DNA from: Promethearchaeota archaeon
GTDB taxonomy: Archaea; Asgardarchaeota; Lokiarchaeia; Sigyniarchaeales; SOKP01
NCBI GenBank assembly: GCA_016930515.1
Contig: JAFGGO010000136.1
Location: 1 to 24,250, forward strand
DNA length: 24,250 nucleotides
Direction of reading: 5' to 3'
The stretch's first letter is position 1, and each line of letters opens with the position of its first letter. Below, one piece after another: positions 1 through 8,488 of this stretch. The position numbers were made by a program, and so were the translations under genes. The notes under the pieces were generated by a model. The model made no database searches, had not been told where the DNA came from, and was given only the letters and a program-made list of their open reading frames with translations.

Positions 1-30
1 AAAAATTTATCTTATTAATCTAAATAATTG

Positions 31-103
31 AAAATAAAGTTTTTATACTTTTTCTACTCTATTCAATCAAACTCATAACATCTATATATTTGAGGTAAAA
101 ATT
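31..103 (+). promoter_or_regulatory. Putative archaeal promoter/leader of paralogue 1
   Basis: A-rich BRE-like run followed by TTTTATA. AACTCAT at 70-76 begins 34 nt before the start, the same motif and spacing as before paralogue 2. Confidence 0.4.
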
Positions 104-763
104 GTGGATCAGATAGACCGTAATTACGAGATATTCAAGCAAGAATTAATAAATTTAATGATAAACCGGTTGGAATATGGAAATACGCTCATAGAAAAAG
201 AATTAACCGTTGGAGCCTTTGATTTTATAGCCAAACCAATTATAAAAGCGTTTTATAAATATTGGCAAAATAATGACGCTAAAGAGGGGACAATGACGCA
301 AATCAATACCATTCTCAATTGCGGAAAAATTTTAGTAACGAACGGCAATAATTCTGAAGAGCATTTTAACGAGATCGTCGAAAAAAACTTTTTAGATTAT
401 TTAAAAGGAGATCAAGTTTATCGGCAATGCAGTAATAAGCATAAGAATTTTCCAGCTTTAAGAGATATTGTTAAGAAGACATTTATTACCCAAATTAAAG
501 AAGCCATACTTTTGCTTCAAGTAAAGGAAAACATCGTTGATTATGGTAGTTTAGTAAGAGCTGCTTTTAAAAATAAAGAAGAAGCTTACGGAACTCTTGT
601 AAAACAATTAGATTTCACCGATCAATGCCTTAAAATAGTGGAAAAGGATCTCTCAATCTTGAAATTGCCAACTGGTAAGAAGCTTCTGATGAAGACTCTG
701 AGAAAGGGTTTCGAGCAAACTAGAATAGACTTTATCGATAATCTGAACAATATTTACAACTGA
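104..763 (+). CDS. Hypothetical protein, copy 1 of a tandem paralogue pair
   Basis: 219-aa ORF with GTG start and a GAGGT SD-like motif upstream. Aligns without gaps to 908..1567 (about 62% identity by manual count). Confidence 0.85.
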   Translation: MDQIDRNYEIFKQELINLMINRLEYGNTLIEKELTVGAFDFIAKPIIKAFYKYWQNNDAKEGTMTQINTILNCGKILVTNGNNSEEHFNEIVEKNFLDYLKGDQVYRQCSNKHKNFPALRDIVKKTFITQIKEAILLLQVKENIVDYGSLVRAAFKNKEEAYGTLVKQLDFTDQCLKIVEKDLSILKLPTGKKLLMKTLRKGFEQTRIDFIDNLNNIYN

Positions 764-837
764 TTGTTTATCAAAACTAATATTTTTCTCTTCAATTAAA
801 AAGATATTAAAAATTTCTTTAATTACTCTATATAATC

Positions 838-907
838 TAAAAAAGAGTTAAATTACTATTTCTATTAATATACAACTCATGCCATTAATTCTAAAGAGGA
901 ATTATCA
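838..907 (+). promoter_or_regulatory. Putative archaeal promoter/leader of paralogue 2
   Basis: A-rich run followed by GTTAAAT. AACTCAT at 874-880 begins 34 nt before the start. Confidence 0.4.
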
Positions 908-1567
908 TTGACACATGTGGAACGAAATTACCAGATATTAGAAGATACAATGATCTCAATCATGGAAAACAGGTTAGAATTTGGTAATGAATTAATCGAT
1001 ACGGAATTAAATCTAGGGGCGTTGGATTTTATCGTCAAACCTATCATTAAAGCTTTTTATAAATATTGGCAAAACAACGACGCCAAGACTGGAACTCTCA
1101 TTCAAATAAAAACAACATTAGATTGTGGTAAACAAATCGTTTTAAATGGGACTATCTCAAATGATACTTTTGATTTAATCGTAGAGCAGAACTTTATAAA
1201 GTATTTAAAAGGCGATCAAATTTATCGACAGTGCAGTAAAAATCACGAGAATTTTTCAATTCTGAAGGAACTATCCAAAGAAATATTTATTAATCGGATA
1301 AAAGAATCTATAATCTTGCTTCAAATCAAAGAAGATGTTAACGATTATCATGGATTGATTCGGGCAGCATTTAAGACGAAGCGAGAAGCTTACGAGACCT
1401 TAATAAAACAAATAGACTTGACCGACCAATGCATTAAAATTGTGGAAGAAGATCCCCAAATTTTGAAATTGCCTGTCGGAAGAACGATCTTGATAAAGAC
1501 ATTGAGAAAAGGGTTTGATCAAACAAGAAAAGAATTCATTGACAATCTCGACATTATATACCAATAA
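908..1567 (+). CDS. Hypothetical protein, copy 2 of a tandem paralogue pair
   Basis: 219-aa ORF with TTG start and GAGGA upstream. Shares KPIIKAFYKYWQNNDAK, YLKGDQxYRQCS and KTLRKGF with copy 1. Confidence 0.85.
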   Translation: MTHVERNYQILEDTMISIMENRLEFGNELIDTELNLGALDFIVKPIIKAFYKYWQNNDAKTGTLIQIKTTLDCGKQIVLNGTISNDTFDLIVEQNFIKYLKGDQIYRQCSKNHENFSILKELSKEIFINRIKESIILLQIKEDVNDYHGLIRAAFKTKREAYETLIKQIDLTDQCIKIVEEDPQILKLPVGRTILIKTLRKGFDQTRKEFIDNLDIIYQ

Positions 1568-1643
1568 TAATTAGATGTTGCCTCAAATCTCATAACTTTG
1601 CTCATGTTTTTTAAAGAAAAAGGTTTTTTTACCAACAAATTCT

Positions 1644-2804
1644 ATGATAGTTATATTTAAAAAAAAATTTGGGCGCTACTTGAACATGGAATTAAAAGAT
1701 GGACAAACCGCAAAAAAGGAAGCACGAGATTTATATCGATTAATATTTTTGAATTTATTGATAAGTTTTTTTATTATTATGGTCTATTTTTATCTTTCAG
1801 AAATGTTTGGTTCGATCTCAGCGTTTTTTCGGGATAATCCCCAATTTTCAATTAATATCGTTATTTCGACAATAGGTTTTGCCTTTTTAGCGATTCTAGC
1901 AGGCGGAATTCATGGGTTTATTAGTGGATTTTTCGGTGAATTGCTCGTTCAAAGGGCTTTTTATGGTACGATCGATTTTTCGTGGTGCGTTATTGTAGCA
2001 GTTTTAGGACTAATTTGCGGTCTTTATCGTTATAAACCAGAAAGAAAAAATAAGTTAAAAGCCTTGTTTTATACATTTCTCTGCTTATTTTTTGCGATTT
2101 TAATAACAACAATTGCGTTAATTACATTTACAGCATTAAGTACTTCAACTCTCATAAATCCATATTCTTTATTAATTAATTTCGGATTCAAATATTTCCT
2201 TACTTTATTGGTTTCTATCATGATTTTTGTTCCATTGTTGCTTGTTGCCTACGATTGGGGTTTTTCTAATAAAGAAAGAAACATAATTCACGAATTTCTC
2301 ACCCACCACGCAAATAACGAGGAAGGTCTTAAACACGCGTTCTATTTTCAATTTGGACGAACAAGAATCTTTCTTTGTTCTCGATGTTCTGGGGTGATAT
2401 TGGGTATAATTTTTTCTTCGTTTGTTTTTCACTTCATTGACATGATTTATCAATTTGAAATTTCTCCTGAATTTGCCATAATTTTTTGTTCATTAGCTCC
2501 TATTCCCGTTTTTCTCGATTGGGGGTCCCAAAAAATGTTGTTGAGGACGAGTAACACGAAATATCGCTTATTAACCGGAGTGATTTTAGGTTTTTCAATG
2601 TATGCCATTACATTTACAAGAAAGTATTTCTTAATCCTCCTTTTGGTTGTAATGATCTATTTCGTCATCCTTTTTGTATTGTTTTTTTTTGGACAAAAAA
2701 AAGCCTTTAGGATTTATAATCAAGAATTTGAGGAAGGCCTTTTAAAAGATACAGATTCAGAAGACGATACACACGAAAAAGTACAGAGACTCTTTCAACC
2801 ATGA
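1644..2804 (+). CDS. Polytopic membrane protein with an ECF S-component-like N-terminal half and a DUF2085-like C-terminal domain (start possibly ATG 1686)
   Basis: About 10 hydrophobic segments. LAGGIHGFISGFFGELL resembles ECF S-components. CSRCSGVILG, DWGSQ and SNTKYRLLTG match DUF2085-type motifs. Confidence 0.7.
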   Translation: MIVIFKKKFGRYLNMELKDGQTAKKEARDLYRLIFLNLLISFFIIMVYFYLSEMFGSISAFFRDNPQFSINIVISTIGFAFLAILAGGIHGFISGFFGELLVQRAFYGTIDFSWCVIVAVLGLICGLYRYKPERKNKLKALFYTFLCLFFAILITTIALITFTALSTSTLINPYSLLINFGFKYFLTLLVSIMIFVPLLLVAYDWGFSNKERNIIHEFLTHHANNEEGLKHAFYFQFGRTRIFLCSRCSGVILGIIFSSFVFHFIDMIYQFEISPEFAIIFCSLAPIPVFLDWGSQKMLLRTSNTKYRLLTGVILGFSMYAITFTRKYFLILLLVVMIYFVILFVLFFFGQKKAFRIYNQEFEEGLLKDTDSEDDTHEKVQRLFQP

Positions 2805-3295
2805 GAAACATCCTTTTCGTTCACGGTCTTGAAAGTTCCGGAAAAGGATTTAAAGGGACTTATCTGAAGAAGATCTTTCCAGAAATATTAACTCCCGATT
2901 TCCCAGGTGGACTCCAAACAAGATTAGAAAAATTAAATAAAATCCTTGAACCTCGTAACGATTGGATCGTTATAGGTTCAAGTTTTGGGGGTTTAATGGG
3001 TACTTTATACGCCTTAAAAAACCCAGAAAAAATTTCCTTGTTAATTCTTCTTGCTCCCTTACTGATTCATCCCCAACTAAACGCTATTAGTGGTTCGATA
3101 GATGTTCCCGTAATAATCTTTCATGGTAGAAATGACGATGTAGTTCCACTTACTCCTACTAAAGAGAGAGCAATGGTGATCTTTAAAAACTTGACATATA
3201 ACGAAGTTGAGGACGATCACTTTCTTCGACCAACAACAGAGAAAATTCCATGGAAAAAGATCGTTAAGAGTCCCTTAAAAAACCCTAAAGCTTAA
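2801..3295 (+). CDS. YqiA/YcfP-like alpha/beta hydrolase (esterase)
   Basis: HGLESS oxyanion motif, GSSFGG nucleophile elbow, HGRNDDVVP (Asp) and DDH (His). ATGA overlap with the upstream gene. Confidence 0.88.
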   Translation: MRNILFVHGLESSGKGFKGTYLKKIFPEILTPDFPGGLQTRLEKLNKILEPRNDWIVIGSSFGGLMGTLYALKNPEKISLLILLAPLLIHPQLNAISGSIDVPVIIFHGRNDDVVPLTPTKERAMVIFKNLTYNEVEDDHFLRPTTEKIPWKKIVKSPLKNPKA

Positions 3296-3396
3296 CCTAA
3301 ATATTGGACTACGAATTTTTTAAATTTGGATGGTGATATCATTTAATTAAGATTAATAATAAGAAAATCATACTAGTAACTAAATAGTGGTAAAAT

Positions 3397-5019
3397 ATGA
3401 CAAAAGAAAAATACGCTTGTAGAGAATGTGGTTTCGTTTTTCCCGTGGAATTAGGGGAAATGATTGAAAATAAAATACAAGTATTTTGCGAAAAATGCGG
3501 AAGCGCCTATACGATGAAAGGCGTTGTTTTTAAACCCTATTCAGAAACACAAGAACAGGAGAAACCTTTAGATAAATCCCCTAAATTACCTCCGCTAAGA
3601 ACCACTTATTATAACAGTCTTACTCAAAAAACTTCTCAAAATAAATTAAAAAATATTAGTAAAATCATTAAAGGAATAGATACTATCGTTCTTCCCTTCA
3701 TGGTGTTCATACCAATAATATTGATTTCAATGAGCGCATTTGAAGTGGCTGGATATTTTTTACAAATTAATACTTATATTAATTATTACGCTTTAATTAG
3801 CAACGCAATCTTCGTGTTTGCTAGTGTTTTAATTATTTATTACTACAAAAAATATATCTCTAAGCAGATAAAAAACGAGAAATTCGACGAAATAACAGTT
3901 GATGCTTTCTGTTTAGGGATTCTTGGGAGCATATTTTTTGGATTGGGAGTTCCCTTATTAGTTGAAGGAGTTTTTGTTTTACTCCATAATCTTATAAAAA
4001 GAACGAACTTTCCGCATAATTTAAAGGATTCTTTAAATCGCTTATCGTTAAAAGGGGGTGTGATAATCATTTTTATTGCATTTGCATTTTTAATACGCCA
4101 GATCTATTATATCTCTTTCACAAATGGTCTTTCAATATATATAGTAATAGAATCCTATCCTTATTTTTCTATATTACCAATAGAATATTTAATCAGTGTT
4201 GGGATTTTTCTGGTTATTGCAATCGCAAGCCTCATAATTGATTCTGGTTTTCGAAAATCCATTGCACGTATGGAAAAGATTGAGTTTGGAACATTTCTCC
4301 GGACAATCATTCTAGGCGTTTTGGTTACAATGTTCTTTGCAGCAGGAATTTTCATTCTTTTAAAAGCTGTCTTATTGTTTTTGATGTTCATCATTCAACC
4401 AAAGAAAATTGTTGAAGAAACAAAAACGATCCAAGAAGAAATAAAATCAGTGCCCGAAGAAAAAGTTCCAAGTGAAAAAATTGACCGACTACCTGATATT
4501 ATAGAAGAAAAAGAGATAAAAAGCATTAAAGAAGAAGAAATATTTAGCTTGACGAAACGACAAAAGAAAGAATTAAAAGAACATGTCGACAAATCTAAAA
4601 AGCTTAAGGATGAGATAAAAAAGGAACCATCCCCTGATAAGAAATACGAATTAAAGATTCACGAGTCCCTTTTGCCCGTATCGGACGATAAAGATAAAGA
4701 ACTCGTCAAGCATTACTTTTCGAAAATATTCGCTGTTTTATCCAAGGAAGCCAAGGAACAAATTAATAAGCTTAAAATTTCAAAAAAAGAAAAAAAGGAG
4801 CTTTTGGAGGAGCTTGCGTTTTTAACACAAGAAGAACAGGTAAAATACTTAGAAACCATTGTATCTGCGTACCAAGAAATTCCAAAAAAATTAACTGATA
4901 GAATACGAAAATTACCTAATATTAAAACAACGCACCTTGACAAGATTGTTGATCAACTTAAATATTTAGATTACGAAGAACAACTTAAATTCGTACAATA
5001 CCTGGAGGAAAACGCTTAG
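3397..5019 (+). CDS. Membrane protein with N-terminal Zn-ribbon and C-terminal charged helical repeat region
   Basis: CREC...CEKC at the N-terminus, a duplicated hydrophobic block, and a K/E-rich C-terminus. Confidence 0.8.
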   Translation: MTKEKYACRECGFVFPVELGEMIENKIQVFCEKCGSAYTMKGVVFKPYSETQEQEKPLDKSPKLPPLRTTYYNSLTQKTSQNKLKNISKIIKGIDTIVLPFMVFIPIILISMSAFEVAGYFLQINTYINYYALISNAIFVFASVLIIYYYKKYISKQIKNEKFDEITVDAFCLGILGSIFFGLGVPLLVEGVFVLLHNLIKRTNFPHNLKDSLNRLSLKGGVIIIFIAFAFLIRQIYYISFTNGLSIYIVIESYPYFSILPIEYLISVGIFLVIAIASLIIDSGFRKSIARMEKIEFGTFLRTIILGVLVTMFFAAGIFILLKAVLLFLMFIIQPKKIVEETKTIQEEIKSVPEEKVPSEKIDRLPDIIEEKEIKSIKEEEIFSLTKRQKKELKEHVDKSKKLKDEIKKEPSPDKKYELKIHESLLPVSDDKDKELVKHYFSKIFAVLSKEAKEQINKLKISKKEKKELLEELAFLTQEEQVKYLETIVSAYQEIPKKLTDRIRKLPNIKTTHLDKIVDQLKYLDYEEQLKFVQYLEENA

Positions 5020-5031
5020 AGGGGCTTAGAA

Positions 5032-5943
5032 ATGTCGTTAGAGAGAAGAAGAGATACTAAGGAACCAAAAAAAGAAAAATCTCTAGAAACAAGCTCCTTT
5101 AGGCGGGAAGATTTTACACCATTAGGGAATAAAGCATTAGTTCAGGAAGAAATTGCACTCGAAGAATACGAAGAACTTGACATCGTTGACGAACTGAGCG
5201 AAATAGAGTTAGATGTTCTCGATGTAGCAAAAGAAGTCTTGAAGTTAAAAAGATACGATATTGATTTTGAAATAGAAGCTGAGAGGGATAAGATACAAAA
5301 ATATCCCATTATTGAGAAACTCTACGCTCAAAGTATTGGAAAATTATCCTACAAGAAGGGCTATAGCAAGGAAGACATATTCCTAGCCATTCGCCAGCTA
5401 GAAGAGAAGAATTGGATCGTTACAAACGAACGTAGGACAAAATTAGAGATTCTATCAAACGATAAATTAGTCACCGTTCTTGAATTTATTAGAAAGAACC
5501 CTGGCATACACGCACGGGACGATAAAATAGAAAAGGAGCTAGATATAACGCGTACTCCTTTCTTAAAACATATAATGACCTTGGAGAGGTTCAAACTCAT
5601 AAGATCAACAAAAATTGGGAAAAGCCTCCATTATTTCGCCGTTGATATTCCCGAAGATTTTGACGATTTAAAAGCCATTTTCGCTAATCCCCTGATTCCT
5701 CAGATTATTGAAGAAATTTTTAAAAACGATTCAATTTCGATTTCTCAGATTGGAGAAAATCTGGATGTGTATTCGGGAACAATCCAATATCACATAAAGA
5801 AATTAATGGATCTCGATTTAATTAAGATTACAAAAAATATGACGACGGAAAACAAGGTATATGTTGTAAATTTCGAATTATTAAAAAAATACAACGCAAT
5901 TTTTAAGGAACCAGACTTTTCCAAGTTATTACAAGGTTTATAA
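5032..5943 (+). CDS. Tandem winged-helix DNA-binding protein (archaeal ArsR/MarR-like regulator)
   Basis: wHTH1 is FIRKNPGIH...FLKHIMTLERFKLIRS. wHTH2 is ISISQIGENLDVYSGTIQYHIKKLMDLDLI. Starts 12 nt after the upstream gene. Confidence 0.8.
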   Translation: MSLERRRDTKEPKKEKSLETSSFRREDFTPLGNKALVQEEIALEEYEELDIVDELSEIELDVLDVAKEVLKLKRYDIDFEIEAERDKIQKYPIIEKLYAQSIGKLSYKKGYSKEDIFLAIRQLEEKNWIVTNERRTKLEILSNDKLVTVLEFIRKNPGIHARDDKIEKELDITRTPFLKHIMTLERFKLIRSTKIGKSLHYFAVDIPEDFDDLKAIFANPLIPQIIEEIFKNDSISISQIGENLDVYSGTIQYHIKKLMDLDLIKITKNMTTENKVYVVNFELLKKYNAIFKEPDFSKLLQGL

Positions 5944-5948
5944 TTTTA

Positions 5949-6788
5949 TTATTTCATTCTATCTATTTTTAATAAAGCATTTCCTACGATTTCAATGCTC
6001 TTTTTTATTTGATTGATTAAATCTGGAATAGTATCTCCATTACTAATCAAGTCGTGTTTTTTACTTCCAGGCATGTCCGATACGATTAAAATTGCGGCCG
6101 TCCTGATTGAAAATGCCTCCCCTAATAAAAATAATATCGAGGATTCCATGTCTATTGCGTGAATTCCTGCCTTCTTCAACGATTCAAGAAATTCTAGACT
6201 TTCGCAGAAGAGTGCATCTGTGGTCAAGATATCCCCAGATTTGACTTCTATTGGGTATACATTTTTACCTTCAGCAAGTAATGTCTCCATTAACTTTAAG
6301 TTCGGTTTTGCTAGAACGATTTTTTGATTTCCTAAATGGTGTTTTATCATGTTTTCGTGAGGATTGGCTACAAGTTGCGAGGAACTAAGAAATTTATTGT
6401 ATTTTAGAAAATAATGAGGGCTGGTTCCCTCGTCGGCGTAGGCCAATCTTGGTATAATAATATCACCGATTGAAATTGATTGATCCTCGTTTTGAATGCC
6501 TCCACAATAGTCAAGCCTCACGACTATCTTGCAGGCGCATCTTTTTAGGCATTCCATTGTAATTGCCATGTTTGGAGCACCAATATTAGAACCTAACACG
6601 CTAATATCCAAGCCATTTATTTTTCCATTAATAATCTTTCCAAGTTTTGATCTGCTTTGAAGTTGAGAAACGATCGTGTTCAAGACGCTTTTAACTGCTG
6701 GAACTATCACGATGTCGTTTAAGCATTCTGGATTGGTGTTTAGAAACATCCGTACGATTTTTCTATCTGCTTGGTTAAGGTCCGTCAT
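5949..6788 (-). CDS. Nucleoside phosphorylase family protein (PNP_UDP_1 / DeoD-Udp fold), divergent
   Basis: Motifs IGAPN, IVVRLDYCGG, IGDIIIP, DEGTS, TTDALFCE, AIDMES and IVSD. Confidence 0.82.
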   Translation of the reverse strand: MTDLNQADRKIVRMFLNTNPECLNDIVIVPAVKSVLNTIVSQLQSRSKLGKIINGKINGLDISVLGSNIGAPNMAITMECLKRCACKIVVRLDYCGGIQNEDQSISIGDIIIPRLAYADEGTSPHYFLKYNKFLSSSQLVANPHENMIKHHLGNQKIVLAKPNLKLMETLLAEGKNVYPIEVKSGDILTTDALFCESLEFLESLKKAGIHAIDMESSILFLLGEAFSIRTAAILIVSDMPGSKKHDLISNGDTIPDLINQIKKSIEIVGNALLKIDRMK

Positions 6789-6841
6789 TTCTTAATCTTT
6801 CTTATTAATACTTATTTTTAGATATAATACTAGATTTATAC

Positions 6842-7543
6842 TTATAATTTCGTCCCGCTAACCATATAAAATACTTCTAGTTTTGTCGTGTATTTATATT
6901 GATATAAAATCCGTGCATAAATAAGATTATTTACTTCCTTCCAAGGCTCTCTTGTAAAATCTTGACCAAATTTTTTAGAGCTTTTTTCAAATATGGTGTT
7001 AAAAACGCGATAAATCATTTTCGTAGGCCTTAATTTTCTTAAATCTCCTATAACTATCTTTCCACCACTTTGAAGAAGTTTAGAAGCAAGTTGAATAACT
7101 TTTCCGTATTTAGGAATGACATGAGCAACTAGGACTACTAATACTTTTGTAATTCTTTTCTCTTTCAAGAAATTAATGTTATTTTCGCTTAAATTTGAAA
7201 AATCTGCCTGCATTAAAACAACATTATTCCATTTGCCTGTTTTCACCTTTTTTCGAGCAACATCAAGCATATGATTTGAAACATCAATCCCAATTATTTT
7301 TCCTTGCTTACCAATCAATTTTTGTATTCTTGGAAAATTTAATCCCGTACCGCATCCAATTTCCAAAACAACATCCCCCTTCTTGAGATCCAACTCATTG
7401 ATGACGAACTTTCTGAACATTCCGTTTAATCCAAACCACATGAGTTTTGAATAAATGTCGTAAAACCAAGCTGACTTTCCATAGATCTCCTTTCTTTTTT
7501 TTTCCTTCGAACTTTGTTTGATGTTATTGATTCTCAATATCAT
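6842..7543 (-). CDS. Class I SAM-dependent methyltransferase (UbiE-like)
   Basis: VLEIGCGTG motif I, IIGIDVSNHML, QADF and LLQSGGKIVIGD. Confidence 0.88.
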   Translation of the reverse strand: MILRINNIKQSSKEKKRKEIYGKSAWFYDIYSKLMWFGLNGMFRKFVINELDLKKGDVVLEIGCGTGLNFPRIQKLIGKQGKIIGIDVSNHMLDVARKKVKTGKWNNVVLMQADFSNLSENNINFLKEKRITKVLVVLVAHVIPKYGKVIQLASKLLQSGGKIVIGDLRKLRPTKMIYRVFNTIFEKSSKKFGQDFTREPWKEVNNLIYARILYQYKYTTKLEVFYMVSGTKL

Positions 7544-7692
7544 AGTTATTTACATGATTTGATAAATACCTTCCCATGAATACTTATTTTTAACATTAAA
7601 ATTAAATTGGATTTGATATTATTGTGTAGAGATCAATTCGTGGTAAAAAAGGCATGATTTAAATACCATATTTGTGCTAGTATGCCGTAATT

Positions 7693-8283
7693 GTGTGGAA
7701 AAAAAGTGGTTTTTTAAATAAGTTTGGATTTTTGCATAATAAGAACCAACATTGGTGTATAAAAATAATCGCAGATTTTTCTAGGTTTTCGACAGGAACC
7801 CCTTGTGTTAACGATATTCCCCCTTTTATTGGATGTTTTATCTCGGATAAGGACGGTAAAACCCTATTAAGGTTTGAAATTTTCGAAGGAGCTTTAGAAA
7901 ATTATTTAAGAACAAATCCAACCGACGAAGGAGAAGAAATCTTTGATCTGGAATTGATCCCAATGTTTATCAGTGCTTTCGAAAGATTTTCTGAACAAAT
8001 TAATTTTTTGGATTTATCTGGATTGGACTTACGAGGCACGGGATTAAAAATGTATTGTTTTTTTTGTTTTGAGAAATTTACAATAACATTTTTTTTGAAT
8101 CCCACGATTTATATCAAACATCTTCGAGAGAAAATTATTTCGTTTTTTAATGAATTTTTTGAAAATAACCAAGATTTATTCGAAAATTTTTATAAAAAAT
8201 GCAACCCGAAAGAAATTTCGCGTCTAAGTTCAATTGGAAATAAATGGTTAAACGAATTAAACGCCTGTTCGGCTTTAATGTAA
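7693..8283 (+). CDS. Hypothetical protein with a probable longin/roadblock-like domain; start uncertain
   Basis: Pattern FISDKDGKTLL...DLELIPMFISAFERFSEQI, then three beta-like segments and two amphipathic helices, fits longin topology (by eye). Confidence 0.6.
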   Translation: MWKKSGFLNKFGFLHNKNQHWCIKIIADFSRFSTGTPCVNDIPPFIGCFISDKDGKTLLRFEIFEGALENYLRTNPTDEGEEIFDLELIPMFISAFERFSEQINFLDLSGLDLRGTGLKMYCFFCFEKFTITFFLNPTIYIKHLREKIISFFNEFFENNQDLFENFYKKCNPKEISRLSSIGNKWLNELNACSALM

Positions 8284-8488
8284 AAAGGGCATATTTAAAG
8301 CGAAATAACTCTCTTTTTTACGATTTATTCTAAACAAATAACGAGACCTAATTCCTCTAAAAAATAATGGTTAAAGTTAAATTAAAGGTCGTTTTTATTG
8401 TATTCTATAGGAATAAGGGTTTTAATACCCTCGAAAAAATCTTTATTCAGATTTCAATTAACATTCACTCTCAACCATTTAACCCCAT

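Noticed and set aside
7700-7706. A_AAA_AAG as a classic -1 frameshift into the longin-like ORF
   Set aside because: Joining the frames needs +1, not -1, and the upstream frame lacks a convincing start.
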